From a virus (taxonomy: Duplodnaviria; Heunggongvirae; Uroviricota; Caudoviricetes; Peduoviridae), in IMG/VR virus record IMGVR_UViG_2974787780_000001: a stretch of DNA of 31,809 nucleotides, one strand, 5' to 3'. Each line of letters starts with the position of its first letter. The stretch's first letter is position 1. Positions 28,142 through 31,809 of the stretch are shown here, one piece after another. The notes beneath the pieces are model-generated. The model saw only the letters and a list, made by a program, of their open reading frames with translations. It searched no databases and was not told the DNA's origin. Made by a program: the position numbers and the translations under genes.

Positions 28142-28292
28142 CCTCTGTGGTTACAACTGGTCGCTTAAGTTCATACCTGCCGAGAAAGCACAGGTTGATG
28201 GATTAAGCTTTGACGTCTATCAGGACGATGTTACATCGCAAGATGTGCTTATCGTCCTAGTTGATAATAAACGAACTATGTTGCCTGAATAA

Positions 28293-29306
28293 TTATCGAA
28301 TCGTTAAACCACCCTTTAGTGGGTTTAACGCTACTGCGTTTTGCAGGTAATCAGGCGCAAGGTGCGCATAGGCCATCGTCTGCTGAATGCTCGCATGCCC
28401 CAGAATCTGTTGCAGTGCAATTATGTTGCCCCCATTCATCATGAAATGACTTGCGAATGTATGTCGCAGGATATGGGTTGCCTGATTGGGTGGTATATCA
28501 GGTTTCACTCTGCGTAAAATCCCGCAAAACTTCTCATAATCAACTTTGAATAATTTGGCACTGGCCTCCTCTTTAACTTTTTTCTCCAGTTCCTTAGAAA
28601 TCGGCACGGTTCGCTTTTTACCGTTTTTGGTTTTCAGGAAGGTAACCCTGCAATTTGTAATCTGTGCTGGTTTTAGCGTGGCAACTTCCGTCCATCTTCC
28701 TCCAGTGCTCAGACATAAAAGCGCGACAAGTAAGTCATCACCAGCCAAAACATTTAACAGTTTTTCGATTTCTGCTTTTTCCAGGAACGTCATTTCAGGG
28801 TTGGCCTCCGTCAGTGGCGGCAGTCCGTGAATTGGGTGTTGCCCGGAAAATTCATCCAGTTGAATTAATTTTGTGAACATGCCGGATAATCGGTATATGT
28901 CACGATTTATCGTTGCAGCACTGATGCCATCACGTAGTCGCATGGAGCGATAATCCATCAAAGCCCTTTTGTTCATCCGGCTCACAGGTATATCACCTAT
29001 ACCGCTGATGGTTTTGAGCAGATGATTAAACTCTTTTGTCCCATGCTCGTGGTTTTGCCCGTGATATTTCCACCAGATGTCGAGCAATTCTGTCAAAGTT
29101 CGGCGGTCTGCTCGCTGGCCTGCCCATTCTTTCTGACTGGCATTGGCGATTGTGTATCGCTCAAATGCTACAGCCTCAGCTTTTCTTTCAAACTTCCTGC
29201 GGATGCGTTTTCCGTCGCGACCGCGAGGTCTAATGTCCACTTCATAGCGTCCATCATCGAGCTTCTTAATTGACATAAGAAAGCCCTCTGACGCTGTATT
29301 CACCAT
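28293..29306 (-). CDS. int: Tyrosine integrase
   Basis: 337-aa ORF (P2 Int length) with C-terminal catalytic region HILRHTFASH...GHASIQQTMAYAHL (H-x-x-R and Tyr nucleophile). Confidence 0.92.
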   Translation of the reverse strand: MVNTASEGFLMSIKKLDDGRYEVDIRPRGRDGKRIRRKFERKAEAVAFERYTIANASQKEWAGQRADRRTLTELLDIWWKYHGQNHEHGTKEFNHLLKTISGIGDIPVSRMNKRALMDYRSMRLRDGISAATINRDIYRLSGMFTKLIQLDEFSGQHPIHGLPPLTEANPEMTFLEKAEIEKLLNVLAGDDLLVALLCLSTGGRWTEVATLKPAQITNCRVTFLKTKNGKKRTVPISKELEKKVKEEASAKLFKVDYEKFCGILRRVKPDIPPNQATHILRHTFASHFMMNGGNIIALQQILGHASIQQTMAYAHLAPDYLQNAVALNPLKGGLTIR

Positions 29307-29345
29307 CTTGGTAACAAATGGTGAAAATGTAATGTTTATAGAGTG

Positions 29346-29639
29346 TTAACCAGTCTGTTTCCCGGAGTGGTCTGATTCTGTTGGTTTTTGCCCAATGTGT
29401 GCGAGAGCCGGCGCGATCTGACCAGCTTGTGGTGACGTATCACCAGTCATTAACCAGAGCGTATATTTTTTAAATAAAGGTGTATTTGTGACTCGCATCA
29501 CGATGCTGAGACCTGGGTCTTTATGCCCACTTTCGTAATTTTTGACTGTTCCTAGAGCTATCCCGCTAATTTCGCTGAATTTAGCCTGTGTTAAGCCTTC
29601 TGCTTTCCTAATCGCTTTCAGTTTTTCGAATGTCTGCAT
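29346..29639 (-). CDS. C: Immunity repressor C (helix-turn-helix)
   Basis: 97-aa ORF upstream of int on same strand; HTH LTQAKFSEISGIALGTVKNYESG; C-terminal ...KYTLWLMTG...GQIAPALAHIGQ resembles my recollection of P2 C. Confidence 0.85.
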   Translation of the reverse strand: MQTFEKLKAIRKAEGLTQAKFSEISGIALGTVKNYESGHKDPGLSIVMRVTNTPLFKKYTLWLMTGDTSPQAGQIAPALAHIGQKPTESDHSGKQTG

Positions 29640-29791
29640 TTGACAGTAACCTATTGGTGACTTATATTTCCGTCAAAAGGTTGTGAATTGGTGACCTTTT
29701 GAGTGTGTTAGCCAGTCCCTAGAAAGGACAGGGGCGACCTAGAAGGGACTGGATCTAATAAGGGTAACACGAAAGCAAAAAGGGCTAATCA
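29640..29791. promoter_or_regulatory. Immunity switch region (divergent Pc/Pe promoters with operator-like repeats)
   Basis: Direct repeats ATTGGTGAC at 29653-29661 and 29687-29695 flanking a TATATT element; inverted repeat CCAGTCCCT (29712-29720) / AGGGACTGG (29744-29752). Confidence 0.5.
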
Positions 29792-30064
29792 ATGGAAGTC
29801 AATGACTATGTGATTCAGTACCCTATTGATGCGGTACATACGGTTAAGTTTGCAGAGTTACTTGGTAAGCCAGAAACGGCTGTAGTCAAGATGGTAAAAG
29901 AGAATAAATTGCCAGTTATTGAGCTTCGTGATCCAAGTAAGCCGAACGCTCGTGTCGGTGAGAAGTGGGTTTTCATTCCTGAGTTTAATCGCGCTGTACG
30001 TGAGGCGTTTTATAACCGACCGGTTGAACAGCGTGATGCATGGCTTTTGTGGATGGGGTTGTGA
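29792..30064 (+). CDS. cox: Cox-like excisionase/transcriptional regulator
   Basis: 90-aa ORF, first gene of rightward early operon divergent from C; Cox-like size; motif KLPVIELRDP resembles P2 Cox as I recall it. Confidence 0.8.
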   Translation: MEVNDYVIQYPIDAVHTVKFAELLGKPETAVVKMVKENKLPVIELRDPSKPNARVGEKWVFIPEFNRAVREAFYNRPVEQRDAWLLWMGL

Positions 30065-30066
30065 TT

Positions 30067-30237
30067 ATGAATGAGCCGCGTTGTATTGCTCAGTTACTGC
30101 GTAACGAAAGCCCCAGGGCGATTGACTTCACCATCACCCACGGGAAGGGTCGCAAGGGAATCATTATCCGCACCAAAAAACAGAGTCCGTTAAAAAAGGC
30201 TCTGACCTTTCTGAAAAGCCGGAGGGTCTGGAAATGA
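30067..30237 (+). CDS. Small early protein (P2 orf78-position)
   Basis: ORF track 30040..30237; ATG at 30067 follows cox stop with GGGG purine tract upstream; 56 aa, basic. Confidence 0.5.
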   Translation: MNEPRCIAQLLRNESPRAIDFTITHGKGRKGIIIRTKKQSPLKKALTFLKSRRVWK

Positions 30238-30734
30238 CAGTGATGACGCTCAATCTCGTCGAAAAACAGCCAGCAACTATGCGCCGGATAATTGGTAAGC
30301 ATCTGGCCGTCCCTCGCTGGCAGGATACATGTGATTATTATAATCAGATGATGGAGCGCGAACGGTTAACGGTTTGCTTTCATGCGCAGTTAAAACAGCG
30401 TCACGCAACGATGCGTTTTGAAGAAATGAACGACGTCGAACGTGAACGGCTGGTTTGTGCAATTGATGAATTGCGTGGGGCATTCTCAAAACGCCGTCAG
30501 GTTGGCGCAAGTGAGTATGCATATATTAGTTTTTTAACAGTCAGTCAGCGCCGTACTTTATTTATGCATGCCGGATTGACTGAAAAAGAATTCAACCAGC
30601 CATACTGGCGAATTAATGAAGAGTCATGTTACTGGCGTGATGCTTTATTCCGTGCATTACGTGAATTATTCAGCCTGTTTGAGTATGCACCGACAATTCT
30701 GACGTCGGTTAAACCAGAGCAATATCTGCATTAA
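30234..30734 (+). CDS. B: Replication protein gpB (helicase loader-like)
   Basis: 166-aa ORF, P2 gpB length/position between cox and A. Confidence 0.85.
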   Translation: MTVMTLNLVEKQPATMRRIIGKHLAVPRWQDTCDYYNQMMERERLTVCFHAQLKQRHATMRFEEMNDVERERLVCAIDELRGAFSKRRQVGASEYAYISFLTVSQRRTLFMHAGLTEKEFNQPYWRINEESCYWRDALFRALRELFSLFEYAPTILTSVKPEQYLH

Positions 30735-30797
30735 ATAATTAACCAGAGTTTTTAACGCACTTAATTGTGCGGGGCTTCTTTTTGCCTGGAGAAAGTC

Positions 30798-31022
30798 ATG
30801 CATACAGTTTCTGAAAATCAGTGCGGTAAATACGCATTACTGCTGCAACAGGCCAGAACCGAAGCACAGGCCGACGCAGCGACGCGCTTCTCTTCTCATC
30901 TTGACGCCATGATTCGCCACATCACAAAGGCGGAGTTATCCCGCGTGGAGATAGTCGAGCTGCTCAGTCAGGAGTCGGAAAAATTTCACAATATCGGATT
31001 ATCTCGCGGGGAGGTGCTTTGA
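30798..31022 (+). CDS. Early hypothetical protein (P2 orf80-position)
   Basis: ORF track 30765..31022; ATG at 30798 preceded by GGAGAAAGTC (good Shine-Dalgarno); 74 aa. Confidence 0.6.
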   Translation: MHTVSENQCGKYALLLQQARTEAQADAATRFSSHLDAMIRHITKAELSRVEIVELLSQESEKFHNIGLSRGEVL

Positions 31023-31324
31023 TGTCCTGTTCTCATTCAGTTGTATTACTGAATAACGCCTTAAAAATCGCCGTTATGAAAAATGGCGATTTGTCTCTTA
31101 TTCAACTTGGTCTTGATAAAGAAAAACGCGAAATAACTGAATATGTTATCGCGATTTATCAGAATGAATTAAACCTCCTGTCTGATGTGGTCAATTTACT
31201 TGTTAAACGCGCTGTATTCCACAAGCAAATTTCCTCCGTGGATGAACTGACGAAATTAACGACAGAAATCGCCAGCTATTGCGCTGATAAATTTAAGAAG
31301 CTGAACGACAAAAGGAGCTGGTAA
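31019..31324 (+). CDS. Early hypothetical protein (P2 orf81-position)
   Basis: 101-aa ORF overlapping previous stop (ATGA), operon-like coupling. Confidence 0.6.
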   Translation: MMSCSHSVVLLNNALKIAVMKNGDLSLIQLGLDKEKREITEYVIAIYQNELNLLSDVVNLLVKRAVFHKQISSVDELTKLTTEIASYCADKFKKLNDKRSW

Positions 31325-31548
31325 TGCCGGACAACGTGGATTTTATTCAGGAACAACAGGCTGAATTACTGGAGCGCCAGATTAACGCGGCAAGGGTAAA
31401 GCATTGCGGTGTTTCTGCGCTGGTTTGCGAAGAGTGTGACGCGCCAATACCTGCTGCCCGTCGTGCAGCTTATCCGTCAGCCACGCGTTGTGTTTCCTGT
31501 CAGTCAGTCTTTGAAGCAAAAAACAAACATTACCGGAGAATGGCATGA
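31324..31548 (+). CDS. DksA/TraR-type C4 zinc-finger protein (P2 orf82-position)
   Basis: 74-aa ORF with C-x2-C...C-x2-C pattern (CEECDAPIPAARRAAYPSATRCVSCQ). Confidence 0.65.
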   Translation: MPDNVDFIQEQQAELLERQINAARVKHCGVSALVCEECDAPIPAARRAAYPSATRCVSCQSVFEAKNKHYRRMA

Positions 31549-31809
31549 GTATTCGTATTGAAATTGGCGAACGTTATGTCGTTACCAGTGACAGCTTTCA
31601 GTTTATTCTCCACGAGAAAAAGAGAGCGGAAAGCGGTAAAAACGCCGGTCAGGAATGGCTGGCGGTGGTTGGTTATTATCCGAAATTAAGCCAGCTCGTT
31701 TCCGGCCTGATGCATCACGATATTCTGACCGGAAGCGCAAAGTCTTTTGCTGATTTAAACGCGCAGGTTGAGCAACTCAGCAAGCGTTGTTCAGAGGCTT
31801 TTGGCTCAT
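31545..31809 (+). CDS. Early hypothetical protein (P2 orf83-position), 3'-truncated by window end
   Basis: ATG at 31545 overlapping previous stop (ATGA); my hand translation is open through the window end (88+ codons, MSIRIEIGERYVV...); not listed in ORF track because no stop within window. Confidence 0.5.
   Translation, partial: MSIRIEIGERYVVTSDSFQFILHEKKRAESGKNAGQEWLAVVGYYPKLSQLVSGLMHHDILTGSAKSFADLNAQVEQLSKRCSEAFGS

Noticed and set aside
27916-28292. Plus-strand ORFs 27916-28137 and 27984-28292 in the attP-int interval
   Set aside because: Cys/Trp/Leu-rich translations without start signals; the minus-strand 134-aa ORF has a more protein-like composition and a clear transmembrane segment. 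The minus-strand call itself remains only moderately confident.
1-31809. CRISPR arrays, tRNA/rRNA genes, insertion sequences
   Set aside because: No regularly spaced short direct repeats with spacers, no recognisable tRNA cloverleaf candidates or rRNA-like regions, and no transposase ORFs or terminal inverted repeats were seen; the only recombinase is the phage tyrosine integrase.

Overview
This window is a nearly complete P2-like (Peduovirus-type) temperate phage genome in P2 gene order, read by eye from the ORF translations and the DNA; no searches or computations were run. It is circularly permuted relative to the packaged form: the window starts at the ATG of replication gene A, a P2-type 19-nt cos sequence sits internally at 4122-4140, and ogr, an attP-like region and int are contiguous, so this is a circular/replicative form or a tandem prophage junction, not a single integrated prophage. 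Backbone genes A, Q, P, O, N, M, L, X, Y, K, lysA/lysB/lysC, R, S, V, W, J, I, H, G, FI, FII, E/E-prime, T, U, D, ogr, int, C, cox, B and orf78/80/81/82/83-like are all recognisable, with product lengths matching P2 as I recall them. Three visibly AT-rich cargo insertions interrupt the backbone. The first is a 361-aa Fic/Doc-domain protein with an intact HPFQDGNGRSIR active-site motif at the P2 tin/old position (2654-3739, minus strand), convergent with a 65-75-aa basic ORF. The second is an unrecognised 375-aa protein at the P2 Z/fun position between G and FI (19454-20581), with its own hairpin and terminator. The third is a 134-aa single-pass membrane protein wedged between the attP-like region and int (27737-28141, minus strand). 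The first two sites are where P2-like phages are known to carry anti-phage defence cargo, so these are the best candidates for an undescribed system; their function is inference only. No rRNA, tRNA or CRISPR array was seen.
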